A model generated the notes under the pieces. It saw only the letters and a list, made by a program, of their open reading frames with translations, was not told the origin of the DNA and did not search any database. A stretch of DNA of 64,000 nucleotides from Albugo candida. Taxonomy: Eukaryota. Positions within the stretch are counted from its first letter, which is position 1; every line of letters begins with the position of its first letter. The position numbers were made by a program, and so were the translations under genes. The DNA is taken from assembly GCA_040437565.1 (NCBI GenBank), contig JBDOQK010000009.1:496001-560000 (forward strand). Reading direction: 5' to 3'. Of this stretch, positions 1 to 13,141 are shown one piece after another.

Positions 1-199
1 CCTCCATCCAAATTGCCTTCGCATGTCTTACATAATGAGTTACATACGCAGTCTCTGATTCGTGACAAACGATTCGCACATCTTGGTTTCATCGCATTGA
101 TAGATGAGAGCTCCTCGTTGGCTTCGTATGCCACGACATCAATACGACTTGATTCCTTCCTGTTGAAAATCTATAAAGGTGACCGCCATCCTTGATCCG

Positions 200-1800
200 C
201 TCTGCTTTGCAGATCTTCAAAACTATAACGTTAAAGAACTTCCTGATATCATTCCTTCACCAGTGTATTGAGCCATCTATGGACTCGTTTAGCTTTTTCA
301 TAGGAGACTCAATTTCCCCTTTATTCTCAACCTGCTGATCTTTTTTCGTACTCCTATTTCCTTATGAAATATTTCGAAAGTATTGTGCTCTACGCTGCCA
401 TTAAAGTAAATCAAGAGCTATTGGAAACTTTCAGCTGGTTCCGTCTTGGCAAAGACAAGTACACGCGACGAAGTAATGAAAAGTCGATGTGATGTACCAA
501 ATATCGATTCAAATTTCTTAATGATTGATCCTATGAATTCCCTATATATCACTCACCAATTTGTTCCACTGGTGTATACCTGCATGTATCCTGTCGAGAC
601 TTCGCTTCTTTTGTTTACTTACTTTCCGCTTCAGTAACACGTATTGCTTGCCGTTATCTATTTCTATGCATGATTTTGGAAGTTTTCTAATCCACACGAA
701 AGTATCGTAGTTGAGATGATGAAACCGTTGATGGAATTGTAAAAGACCTCCCATCTTTTTGTTTGATTTGTTCACGGACCTAACTGAAGCCACTATATCA
801 ATGACACTGGGGAGCGTTCTTGATCTTCTTTCTCAATAAAGAGGGCTTTTTCACCAGATTTCCTTCGAGCACAATCGTTCCTGCAGAGGTACGCTAGCCT
901 TCTCTCAAACAATGCGGTTGATACCCATTTTCATCATTCGACTCCAGCTTGCATACGAGACAATATATCAGGTTACTCTAACTGAATGTTGCACATGAAT
1001 TAAGATTTCCCTCATTATTTCCGATCCTGTAGCAAGTCGAATTCAGTGAAGATACTCTCTGGATCCTCTGTCTTAGATGCACACTTTTTCCGTCGCTTCC
1101 ATTCGGGTATCTGAGAAGGATGTCTTCATTTCTAGAAGATCTCTTGTTCCGGCAATCTCTGTTCATATGCTTCTTTTTCCGCGACTGCATCGGTCTATTT
1201 GCTTCCTTAGCTTAAGCCCTTGACCGCACCTATACAGTATTTCTTGCTTCTCTTGGTGTATTACTGATGGCGTTATCTGAGTCTATAAGATCGCCCTAGT
1301 GACAAGAACCTTCGACTCGCCTTGTTATGCCTTCTATATCTGTACTAGCGCGGGACGTCAGAGCTTGTGCAAAGTGAAGACTTTCGTACGTCAAAACGCT
1401 TTCCACTAACACATCATCCTATCCAATGACTTTTAGCTTACTGCCGAGAAGAATAAACAGTGCTTGATCCACGAGTGTCCAGTCGTGGTATGCCGTAAAG
1501 AGCCGTTTTGCCTGATTGTTTGTGACGTGAACTATAAATACTTCGTTGATGCAATCCACCACTTTTACGATAAAGCGGTGACTCATCCACTGATTATTTG
1601 CTACTTGTTGTATCTTAGCGCTCTCCCACGAAGATATCGTCCTAGCACTTGACCTTCTCTATTCTACTTCATACCGTCGGGTTCTGTCTGGACATGCGAT
1701 AGTTGTCGCAAATGGCGCTATGAGTTATGATTATATTTCCTTCCCAAACGACGGCTGGAATGTGATATTCATATCTCTGGTTGCCGAAGAGCTGATTTGG
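200..1800 (-). mobile_element. Highly decayed LTR retrotransposon remnant (probably Copia gag/integrase); boundaries approximate
   Basis: Manual minus-strand translation gives broken gag-like segments (VLGRYLRGRALRY; FIVHVTNNQAKRLF; DDVLVESVLTY) resembling the gag at 22998, plus a faint integrase-like stretch (IIKKFESIFGTSHR). Many stops and frameshifts. Confidence 0.4.
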
Positions 1801-2736
1801 TTTAGCCCGTACAGAGCATTGTTTTGCATGCCATGGACAAAAGCTCTCCTCCTCCCACTTCTTTGATGATGTATTGGTCCCAAATTTAGGGGTGGCATTG
1901 TCAAGATCTACCCTTGATTATTCTGAATAGCAAATACGCTCTCGGCTCGTGTTGCTGGTGTCAGTTTAGGCGAGCCGACGCTACGCTCGATTTCGATCTC
2001 GCTCAGTCGTTTTCTGGTAATTTCCAGCGTCGTCATTTCATACATATTTGACTCATTATCTCAGTTGGATGTTTCCTTTATCTTGGCCCGTGAATTCTCA
2101 GTAAGGCACCAAAGCAGTTGGCAGGTGATCGGAAAAGGAGTTCAATTAGAAAAAGACTAAACTTTTCTCGTTAATTTAGAAAGTTACCTCCGACTAGAAA
2201 CCTACACTGTAATTCGAAGTTCTTTTGCCATCATCCGACTGTGGCTTAGTTTAAAGACTTTATAGGTCGTCGTGAATTTACCAGAGACTATTACCTTCTC
2301 GTTTGAGTGCTACAGCTGCAAAAAGAAAAACTTGTGCTTAGCATACCTCGAGCAAATTATATTTGTAACTAGTTCTTTATCGCTTATGTCTATTATGCTG
2401 CTGTTCCATTATCAGTAATACACTGACAACTGCTGGACCAATCTCGTTTGAACGAAGTACTCAAGGTCGGGTCTTTCATAAAATATGTCACTTCTCTTTC
2501 AGATTGAACTTGTTTGACCGGTAGCTCAGATAAAGTAGATTGATTTTTGCATCGCTCGTATAAAACTGGAAGCTCTACTTTTCATTGCCATTCGCATTAG
2601 AACGAGCTGGTTGATTGGCTGCGTAAAGGAAACTTTGTCTCTATCGCGGTAAAAAGCGACACTTCAAAGAAACAGTGACCTCTACAACTGCAAGTGCTAG
2701 AATATGCAACCTCAGATTGTCAAGATATATTCACGT

Positions 2737-3183
2737 GGGGTCCGTACCCAGCTCCGTCGGTTAAGCACTTGAGCGCACGGACCCCCTGCCGGAGGTCGTT
2801 AGTTCGATTCCCGGCAGTGTGGGCAGCGGTTTGAGCCCACCCAAGCAATAAGCTTGGAAAATGTCTGCCTCCCTAGGTTTGAAGTCAGAATTAAGTGATA
2901 TTCACACGGTCAGGGACTCATGATAGGATAAGGAAGGTAGTTAAAAAANNNNNNNNNNNNNNNNNNNNNNNNNNNNNNNNNNNNNNNNNNNNNNNNNNNN
3001 NNNNNNNNNNNNNNNNNNNNNNNNNNNNNNNNNNNNNNNNNNNNNNNNTAAGCTTGGAAAATGTCTGCCTCCCTAGGTTTGAAGTCAGAATTAAGTGATA
3101 TTCACACGGTCAGGGACTCATGATAGGATAAGGAAGGTAGTTAAAAAAAACCCAGATAAACAGTGTAATGAAATCCTTGACAA
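2737..3183 (+). mobile_element. tRNA-derived SINE, copy 1 (~247 bp after removing the gap-duplicated part)
   Basis: A-box-like CAGCTCCGTCGG and B-box GTTCGATTCC; 15-bp target-site duplication TCAAGATATATTCAC at 2720-2734 and 3184-3198; homologous copies at 9561 and 24648-26165. Confidence 0.9.
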
Positions 3184-3221
3184 TCAAGATATATTCACAT
3201 AATAAATAAAAGTAATATTTA

Positions 3222-6200
3222 GGGGATCTAAGGATTTTCAACCAATTTTTTTCAAAAATGTGATTTGTATACTAAACGTTTAAGAAGAGTGGAAATTTAT
3301 CACTTCCGCCAAATTAAATATGTCGAAGATTTCATGGGCGAATGTATAAGAATATGAAAAACTCATAGGGTTATCACAGCGGAGAGATTAGCCCATGCAG
3401 ATGCGCTTGTTGTGGACTTAGTTACCGCATATAATGCACTTGTTGGTGCGCTTCTTCGTCATAGCTTATGTGGCACCCTGATATATGATTCACTTAGCCT
3501 TATTCGGCCGGCCACGCTTCCTTGGCACCGTGAGTGGGTAGTGCTTTTCGAGACATCAGTTCGTCCCTCTTCAAGCATGGACTCCCCTTCTTGAAGGTGT
3601 CGTAAAAACTCTGGTACACTTCCTTGGCCCAAGACTCATCGCAGAGAGTCCTGAGTAGTGAGAGCTTGTTGACGGATCGAAGGGAAGCATACAAAATGAG
3701 AGCATGGCATTTTCATGTTACCAAAGTAGCCACAAGGACACGCATTTTCAGAATTATCTAGATTGATAGAATACTCGACAGGCAATTCTCTATCCTTTAT
3801 CACCTTGACTAAAAAGGATGACAGGCAACTCGGGATGATTTCGATCTTTTCAACGATATCGACAAAGCGCTTGCGCTAGAATTCCTTGGTTGCTAAGCCC
3901 TGCTTTCACTCCACGAAGCCGACTTGGCAGCAAACGCAAGCCGCGTGTTATCAATTTAATTTTCCCCCGCCAGAAGACAGTTCAGAAGTTTCTATCTCTA
4001 GCTTCAAGAATAATTTTATCAAAAGACTTCACGTTGTTGCGAGGCATGGTCCCAAAGCGCGGACGTATACTATACGCGGCAGCCCATTTGAGCTTGTCTA
4101 CATGGAGTAGCTATTGCAGCGGCTTTGAATTGTTTTTCTTCGACTCACTTGCTCTCCGTTCGAGCGATATAACCGTCGATGACTTGGCCAGAATGCACGC
4201 CTGGTCCTTCAGTGTCGCATTGCAAAACTTCCGTCTAAGTTCTTGATCATGTGACGAACACAAAAGAAGTGAAGGATGTCACCTTCTTCAACTTGCATCG
4301 CCGGAATGAGAATCTTGCCACGGTCGGAGATGACGAATGCTGATGCTTCTATAGAGCGTCAACAGAATATACAGGAACCATGATCAATTTTCTTTTGTCT
4401 CACCTGACACCTAAGCGACCACAGCAATTCGAATCTCATTGTTGCTTTTTTTACAGCAAGCGACAAGAACGCTCCGCCATATCTGTGCTTCATAAATGTG
4501 CCATCCAGATTGATAACGCGATCTGCAAATTCCCGAAGCACATGAATGACGGGCTGTATACGATCATGACCCGAAAACTTTTGTCCTCAAGTAACGTGAC
4601 ATCTGCCTTGTGTCCGCGCTTGCTCATTTCGTTAACGTATGACAAGATGAACTGATGCTGCGTGCGACCTTCAAACGAAGAAGTCCGCTTTGAGTCGGAT
4701 GCAGGCGTCGACACAAGTCTGGTACGTCAATCGACGCCCATCAGCCTTCAGCTTCTTCTTCATCTCAGCTAGACTGGCGTTACGACCCTTATCACCGACG
4801 AATAGGAGGCTGGATCAAGTAAAGTGACGTATGAAGACTTGTTAATACGACTCGCTTCGTATGAAACCAAGTCAACCCTCCTAGCGTTGCATGTGTGCAG
4901 CACGAACTTATGAGGCGATTCAGACCCCATATCATACGCAAAAGTGACCGTAAACTGCAATTTAGATCGATGAACAACACCTTATAGCGTCTGTGGTCGC
5001 TCGGTATAACACGAAAGGCTCGTTCAACTTTCTCGTTGTATTCAATAATCGAACTTAATATGTCGTCTCGACTAGCGTAGTCGCGTGGGTAAATATACGC
5101 ACGCCCGTCTGCCCAGTCCTCTGCCGAACAGCCGTCACTTGACTCTTGTGTCTCACAAACATAGCCGTCGTTACTGGCAGTCGTCATAATCGCCAGATTT
5201 GAGTATTCCTCGTTATGGCACTCAAGAATGTGTAAAGTCCAGACAGTTTAATCTAACGGATTCTACCGAATGGAAGAAAGTTTTCTCTTTCGATAAAAGT
5301 CCCTCCACCAAAAAAAAGTTTTTATATTCAAAGCGTTTTTTATTCCGCATCATCATCGACGACCAGCTCGTCAAACTTATCAACACGTTCATAAGGAATT
5401 ATATCAATCGACTTGATGTCCTGATCGCGGGCAAGCCATGCTCACGAAAAAGCGTGCCATACAAATCATGGCGACACATGTGCCAATCTTCGTAGTTGTC
5501 AGCAAACCCTGCACTGAGATAGGATTTTTGGACCACAAAGTCCGGCACAGCTTTCCACGCATCTTCAACCCAGCGCGCACCTACCTTGATGGCCGATGGC
5601 TTCGGTTTTCCCGCTCTCGTGTAAGCAACATGGTCGGACGCTATCCAAGCGTCGATTACAGAAGCTATATGATCCTTGAATGATTTGTATATGCCAATGT
5701 AGCCAGCCTGGAGATAGTGTGACATTCCACAAGGGACCGTCACCGGTAGGATTCTCTTCCGGCGCATCTACCCTTCACGATCTTTAAGAGATGCGCACGC
5801 ATTGAGTCCCACAGAAAAAAACTTTTGACCTGGGGTGGCGTCAAATACAATGGGAAACGCAAAGTCCTGTGACCTGAGCAAAATACCACTATCCTGTAAC
5901 GCCTTCTCTGCAACGCCACGTGCACCTTGCCTTCGCGCTCCAATTTACCACCGCTCTTGCCCTTTCAAAGAACCACCCGAAGAAGTTCCTTACCGGATGC
6001 TGTGACAGCGAGAATCACCGTGGCTCGAGTTGAAGCAAACCCTGTTGACTTGAGCACGACATGTCTGGCTCCAATAACGTCTACAGTTTCCAAACGCGCA
6101 TCCTCTAAGAACACAGCAGTCTCGTCCATCAAAATTGTACGGGATGGGTCGAACTTTGTCCGATGCGTGGAGAGGTAGACCATGTAGTTCATTGCGCGCC

Positions 6201-6988
6201 AGACGTGTTCGTTGTCCGACAGTGTCGTCAGCTTCTTCGTCCGCCTAAGCAAAGCGGCCTATGAAGAGGCTGAGCCACTTATCCGAGGCAATAAAATTCT
6301 CGTGGCGAGTAGTCACTTGAATTCACTCGCGAGAAACCTTTAGCGTGAGCGAATGTCGCTGCATGGTGAGGTCGGACAAGACGTGCTCGATGGCTTCCAG
6401 TTGAGGCTTAGCACCACCACCCTTGACTCAAAACTGGTTCACCGAGGCGGCAAGAATCTTGTCTCGCTTCTTCCACCATTATCGCACCTGAGAAGGCGAG
6501 GCGATCCAGCCACTATTTTTCTAAAAGTAGTTGGCTGCACGGGTAGGTGCATTTGGGCAGTTTTTCTCGATCGAGTCGATGACTGCGTGCTTTTCAGCCA
6601 TAGACTTGGCCAGACGGCGAGATGGCATGGATAACTTGGGCTTGTATGGGCTCTCATCCTTTGACTTTACGTCGTAGTTGGTTGATTTGAGAATGACTCG
6701 GGCATATTTGACTGCGTGAGTACCGTGGCATTCTAATTAGCACGGTTTTTTATTCCTCCCCACATTTTGAATCTTTCTAGAAATCTCATTTAAATCAATA
6801 GTGCTTTCTATCCGGATAGGGTGTTTTAAATGGTAGAATCCGTTATTTTTCATATGTTTACAATTTGGCCCGTGTACTATCCATTTTTGTATATAAACCA
6901 TGTTTTGGTATATAAACCATATCCTTCAAACTTTTGGTATTCAACTTGTATTTTTTGAAAAAAAGTGGTATAAAATCCTTAGGTCCCC
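3222..6988 (-). mobile_element. Mutator-like (MULE) DNA transposon, decayed, carrying a nested pogo element
   Basis: Imperfect ~65-bp terminal inverted repeats (GGGGATCTAAGGATTTT at 3222; AAAATCCTTAGGTCCCC ending 6988); MuDR-like N-terminus in ORF 4792-5187; DDE motif VINLDGTFMKHRYGG in ORF 4359-4541. Confidence 0.8.
5256..6843 (-). mobile_element. pogo/Tc1-mariner DNA transposon (CENP-B HTH + DDE), decayed
   Basis: TA|ACGGATTCTACC ... GGTAGAATCCGT|TA terminal inverted repeats with TA duplication; fragments FIASDKWL, ILMDETAVF, WDSMRAH, YLQAGYIGIYKSFK. Confidence 0.85.
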
Positions 6989-7323
6989 TATAAAAGCGTT
7001 TCGTGAAAATACCTGTGAGAGAACCACTACAATATTAGACTGTGTGCAGCGTGTACATGATGTAAAATTTTGAAGATTGTACAAAGGTACGGTGTTCTGT
7101 TAATTGATGTGCGTCACACTAGCATATTTAAGGACTGGGATCCGAGTTGCATTTGCATTCCACGTGCCTGTGTCGTACCCGCAGCAATGACCTTTACCGA
7201 ATGATCCTTGCGTTGCGAGTTGATCCAGCACCTTTGCAAGTCGAATAACACTATCTTCGAAAGTACCGAACATGTGCACAAAACGTGGGGTAGATCATTG
7301 AAAGTGCTGGAATTGTCGGAGTT

Positions 7324-7414
7324 GCTGGTCGCTAGTCGCTGGTCGCTGGTCGCTGGTCGCTGGTCGCTGGTCGCTGGTCGCTGGTCGCTGGTCGCTGGTC
7401 GCTGGTCGCTGGTC
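7324..7414. repeat. Heptanucleotide tandem repeat (GCTGGTC)13
   Basis: 13 consecutive units, one variant (GCTAGTC). Confidence 0.95.
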
Positions 7415-7449
7415 GAAATAATGACGATTCCGATCGATCCAGACGAATG

Positions 7450-9560
7450 GCAGCGTCAACGCTTGGAATGCAATCTAGATCGAATATGATCTGCTTATAC
7501 TCCTTCCATGCCGGCTGAAGAGTTGGCACAATTGCACATGCAGTATGCATCCAACGTCATCGGGGAAGAAAAAATTGATCTATATTAAGGAGATTCTCCC
7601 TCAAAAAATTTGCTGTGTGATCGCACTCTTGTAAGAGATATTGATCGGATTCCCCTGCCCACACGAAAGCTGCGTGCAGAATATAATGTCCGGCTGAATA
7701 TCTGAAATATCTCTAAAATTCAGAAACGAGATCGATCTGGAAAGATTCGAAAGGCCAGACGAAACTTTAGATCTTCGAAAATCGATGCAAAGATACCGAG
7801 ATATAGTCATAAATCTTCCAACTCGTTCTCAGTCCATTGCGATGGATTCTGCAGTGATGACCAATGTGTCAACATTAGATGAATTTTGGCTAGTTTGGAG
7901 GTCCCCACATGATTCCTGATAGTTGAAGGCGTGGAATAGAGGGGAAAAATCTTCCTCTTCTTAGTTTGTATCCCCATATAAAACGGTCGTCCACTTGCAT
8001 TTGGTTGGATCCAAGTGATGAGACCAATCGTCTAGTGGACACGCTGTAGTATCTGAGTGACTTCAATGTAAAGTTGATTCGGCAACCATATCGGATGTCT
8101 TCACCTCTTCGTCGGAGTAATAATAGTCGACGGATTCTTCCTTCGTTGGCCATGTGTCGCTTTCTCGAAAAAAAATTCCTCAAGACTTCGGATGTCGAAA
8201 AGTGTAGCAAACGCTTTACGGAACGTCCTATGTGGTTTGTTCCCCGTGCCAAAATTGTACCGAACGTTTTGCGTTCTTAGATTACGCGTAGCAGCTTCAT
8301 ACTGTAATTCCTGGTCGCAATAAAACCACATCGGTTGTTCCATTTAGTACTGACGGCATTGGAAGACATTCAATTCTGAAGTTATATTGCTCCAATTCAT
8401 CTGCTGCCACATTTCAGACGCTTTTTTCCTTAAGAGGATATGCTCTCCCATTGTACCAATTGTCCGTGTCGATGTGTTGCGATGGTGAATATGTCCATCG
8501 GCTTGTATGGTCCAAAGGAACGTTGGATAAGCTGTAATAATTCCGTCGACGCAAATGTCTAATTCGCAGGAAATACTGTCAACATCGGATGCGAATTGCT
8601 GCAGGAGCTAAATACGTTGTGGCTTCAGGCGTCACACCAAAAAAGGACCTTGCACTTCACCATCTTCTCGGCAAAGATAAAGAAAGTCTCTGCTGATCAG
8701 GTGAACGTATTTTGAATCTTTTTTGTGGTTCCGACCAAGCACAAATCCATTAAACGTCGCCTGACACTGTCGACTAGTCTTCTTTTTATGTCCCGTGCAT
8801 CGTGTAATGCCACAGACGTGATAATATCATCGTCTACGCAACCAGTAGTCGACAACGGACAGTTCGTGCACGTCGAAACCATACACCAAACCCATCAAAT
8901 GAGTCGGTGTCTGGCCGATCGGAATACCCAAATACTTGACCGAATGCTCCGGACCCATTATGGTCAAACTGGGAATTTCGAGGACACGGCATGGTCCGAT
9001 TCAGCGAGAGTAGGAATGATTTGATCAAGTTCTGTTTCGCACCAAATACATCGCAATAGACTTGAGCGAGTTCGAGTTGCCTGAAAACACCATTTGGTGT
9101 CTCCGATAGTAAGTTGAATCTTCCACAAATATAATCCAATTACGACAGTCGTGCTAATGATCCAAATGCCATGTTCTTCATGCTGTCAAGGTAAATTGCC
9201 CAAGAATTCCATCGTCATGAGAAAAAGTAATGCTGAGAGAGGATATCCTTGGTTCACTTCGCGCTATGGTGTAATGGACGGTGTACTATTGATAATAATC
9301 ATCAACAAACCCAGTCGATGAAACTTTTTCCAAGGCCCATATTTTTTAAAACGTAAAACATGTACTGTACGTCCAATTGACTCGATCATAAGCTTTCCTA
9401 GACTCGAGAAAATTCGCATAAGCTTCCTCCCAAGATGATTGACCAAGTCTTGGATGTACGTGAGATGTCGAATGTGGTGATACATCGACCTTCCTTGCAC
9501 ACTTTCACATTGACGCACAGTAGTGCGATCGGTTGATAGTTGCCAGTATCACCTTTTTTA
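7450..9560 (-). mobile_element. Non-LTR retrotransposon (LINE) reverse-transcriptase remnant
   Basis: GNYQPIALLCVNVK (cf. NYRPIALLNVDYK) at ~9510-9550 and KAYDRVNW at ~9375-9400; remainder frameshifted; left boundary uncertain. Confidence 0.65.
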
Positions 9561-9785
9561 TGGGCCCGCCCCTGCTCCATCGGTTGAGCAACCCCATCCC
9601 CTTCCGGAGGTTGTTGGTTCGTGGTTCCGCTAGTGTGTGAAGCGCTTTGAGCTCAAGCTTGGAAAACATCTGCCTCCCTAAATTTGAATCCAGACTTAAC
9701 TGATATTCACACGGTCAAGGGCTTATGACAGGATAAAAAAGGTGGTCAAAGAATCAGATAATGAGTGTAAAGGAATCCTAAAAAA
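9561..9785 (+). mobile_element. Diverged older copy of the same SINE family
   Basis: Aligns by eye with 2737-3183 (CAAGCTTGGAAAACATCTGCCTCCCTA...TGATATTCACACGGTCA...CAGATAA...GTGTAA...AATCCT); promoter boxes and hairpins eroded. Confidence 0.85.
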
Positions 9786-9799
9786 TCTCGAATCGAGGC

Positions 9800-12180
9800 A
9801 AAGAATGAAGTTGGTGAGTGTAGCATGAAAGCGGATATACGTGCCTTCGATGCACTTAGAGTACCTATGACTTGTCCAATGCCGCATCTGGAGGTGGTCT
9901 TGGTTCAACTGGAAGTATCGACGTGTTCTTTTTCGTTGGACTACTACAGCAGTGTGAGGAGTATGGAGTAGAACTGGATCCAGCAAAATGCACATTCCTC
10001 ACCTATTCTGCGATGTGGTGCGGAACGGAAATTTCAAAAGAAGGAATCAATTATCGCGCGAGTCGAGTCCAGGGTCCCGGAAGTTGCAGCTGAACTACAG
10101 CAATTTTAATTTTTATGTGCCTTAAACTGGATGCGTACCAGCACCCCAAATTATACAGCAATGCTATTTGGTTGGTATGAAGTACTGGAAAGTGCGACTA
10201 GACCTGCTGAAGGTAGATAAAGTGGAGCCTTTCACACGTCTATTTTGAAGACCACGGCTGGAGTGTGAAACAATACGAATACCTGAAATTGGTAAAACAG
10301 TCGCTGTTAGCGATGATAACTTTGGCTCATTCAAAAGATACAGGGATAATGTGCATGTATACGGATTCCACCATTCCTTGGGTCGCTATAGTTACGCATG
10401 TAAAATCTCAAAACAAAGACCAGAGTAAAATAATTCCTCATTGACATTTCAAGCGGATCGTTTACAGGATTTAATGTTGAAGTGGGCAATGAATCAAAAA
10501 GAGGCATTCGCGATAGAAGGAGATTCATTTATATACTGTTAAGAGAAAACGGGTTTCATATATTCACCGGCAACCGCAATTTCCAATTCAATTTCGATCT
10601 GCATATTGCTGACGCTACTCCTACTCGATATAGCAACAACGTTGGGCCATGGTTTTACAAATGTTTAGATATACGATGGACCATGCGGCAGGTGAAACAA
10701 TGTTTGGGGGGATTTATTATCACGAGGGAGAAGCTCTAAACATGAAGGCTTGAAGCGGACAGCACCGAAGTGCTGTGCATTAGCAAAGTTCTAAGATATC
10801 TTGCCGCTGAGAAAATGAACATATTCAATGGCCTTTTATAGATGAAACCAGGGTATCACAGGATGAAGAGCTCCAACACCTGATGTTCCGGGATACGATA
10901 AAAGGATGTCAAGAGATTGCTATAGGCTGATACCAGATGCAGCTATCAGCTTACAAAAGAGTTTATGTACCATATATCATGCATAGCCGGCAAGTCATCG
11001 TGGACTAGCTACAACACTATGCATACTAGCAGAACAAGTCGCATGGACGACAATGGCGTCAGATATGGGAGCGTTTTACATTGTTTAGTGGCGAATAAAG
11101 AAGCGTTTCCATGGCCTTATGGAAAAATCTACGCGCAACCAGGTCGAACGGAATACTGCTTTCCAAGTTCTTGTCCATGCGTAAGATTGCATGATTCTGT
11201 TACGTCTTGGTATTGAAGATGGGATGAGTGGATTCTGCGAGATGAACCAAAAGGAATGGCTAGCACGGAGGTGATAGATTTCCAGATGCTTCTGATTGGT
11301 TCTAACGGTGTGTTGGGTATCTGATCCCGGATCTCAATTCATGAAGGAAGTCATGGAGAAATTAAAAAAGATGTTCGGTACTAAATATCATTTCGTTACG
11401 GCATATCGCTGTGAGCGAATGAAACGGAGATGGTAATGAATCGTCAGTTGCTTGGACTCATGCGGTCTATTCTGATCGAGCGCAAACAGCGGACCGCCTG
11501 GCCGAATTCCCTGTCCCTGAGTCAGTCAACCGTAAGTCAGCGTCCATCCAGTCGACTTGGTGCAATTGCTTCGATGACTGCTTTCACTGAATTTCCGCGA
11601 CAGGATCCTGTCAGTGTAATTCATCAGCCCCCTGAAAGGACACAATTTTCTCGTGTGCGGAACAAGGACTTCATGACACCGAGCTCAAGAACACTGATGA
11701 GTTGCAAGCTACTTGGACGACAACTATCAACTAGTGTCCGACGTAGAAAAGAAAAAAAATGTAGCTGTGAGGCGTAGACACAACAAAAAGCACGGCGTCT
11801 CTCCCGTGAATGGCGAGTTTGGGGATTTTGTTTTATTTGGCAATGTTTTGTACGATGAACCTACAAGTTCATGGAAGGGACCTGATCGGGTAGTGGCAAC
11901 ATTAAACGGGTGGACTTACGACATACGTTAAACCGTTTGCTATTATTCCACGGCATGTCGCGAGATTGCATTCTACAGCGAGCGAGATTTGAGTATCACG
12001 CAAGATTTGCGAGACTGCATGGGGTATGCAAATGGTGGGCATTTGGTACAGAGATTTCTGGAATGCCATCTTAACTCAGATGCACATCAGTGGGAAACTC
12101 TAGTCCAATGGCTCGGTTTTTATGCTGCTGGAAGATGTCCCGGTCTTATTCAAGAAAATCGTGGCGTCCAAACCTAAAGA
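9800..12180 (+). mobile_element. Ty3/Gypsy pol remnant with C-terminal chromodomain
   Basis: RT end (GVELDPAKCTF...WCGTEISKEGI; FLCALNWMR), RNase H-like pieces, integrase (FGTKYHFVTAY; VMNRQLL; SSWKGPDRV) and chromodomain-like GGHLVQRFLEC...WETLVQWLGF, in Gypsy order. Confidence 0.8.
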
Positions 12181-13141
12181 GGAAGCCCTGAGAACTTCCA
12201 TTTACATTAAAAGTTCAAGAGCGAGAGAAAAATGGTAGGCTCGCTATCATCCCAATGTTAAGTCACTTGAGCTCACGCGATCCAGTCGCATTTTTCCGTC
12301 AAAACAGGTGCCGAGAGAATCTTGAATAATACACTTTCACATTTGCAGTTATAGGAGTCCAACAACCCTGAAGCCTTCGGCGATTGTAGAATGAGAAGAC
12401 TTGTTCAGGAGTGTACGAGATATCATCCACGTAGTCGCAATAAAACTCAAGACACGATTACATAAGTCACATTCTCGTACTATCAAAAGATTAGCATTCT
12501 CAAATGCCCAATTTGACAGTATGATAGACTTTCTTCTCACTGTTTCTTGGGGCCATTTTTGTTGCGTGGGATATGAAATACCTTATGTTTGTGGCATCGG
12601 AAGTTCCCATTAAGAACTCCTTGAAGAGCATACAAGCTACAAAAAGTGATTGCCGGTTTCACCTTTGAAAGGCAATGTTGGCTGAAGGACGGGAAGAGTA
12701 CAAAAAAACCAACTTTGAAAACCACAAATCACGATCACTTCTACCTTTTCATGTATGAAACTATGCGAAGTGAAAAAATCAGCCACTTACTTGCGTGTAA
12801 AGCTAAGTTATAGATTGGAAGCAATAGCGTCCTCTGTTCTACTATCATCACTCATATATGGCGCTTGTGTACGTATTGGGCGGATTTTGTTGCTGTTGTA
12901 GTGAAGTTGGAGCACGTAAGAGTCCCAACCACAATGGCGCATTTCTTGCAACTAAGCTTCTGTTGTAATTTGAGTGCGTCTCCACGTTTCTAGTCCGGGC
13001 GCCCTTTTCTTCACAGAAAATGTTCCCAAATTACGATTCAATTGTATGCGCTGAGGCTGCACGATGCAAATTGATATATATATACGTGTGTTACGCGCTT
13101 TTCAAAGAACAAACATTTCTCTCAAGTTGTACGCAATAGAA

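Noticed and set aside
2737-2825. Possible tRNA gene or self-cleaving ribozyme
   Set aside because: A and B boxes are present but there is no acceptor/anticodon cloverleaf; TSDs and dispersed copies indicate a SINE; I found no hammerhead core or HDV-type nested pseudoknot.
2849-3148. Apparent tandem duplications flanking 100-N gaps (also at 14928-15303, 38716-39082, 54079-54470)
   Set aside because: Identical or near-identical sequence on both sides of fixed-size gaps indicates unmerged contig overlaps, not biological repeats.
7208-7550. ORFs with RWSLVAG / RPATSDQ repeats, and a possible CRISPR-like array
   Set aside because: These are translations of the (GCTGGTC)13 microsatellite; there are no spacers.
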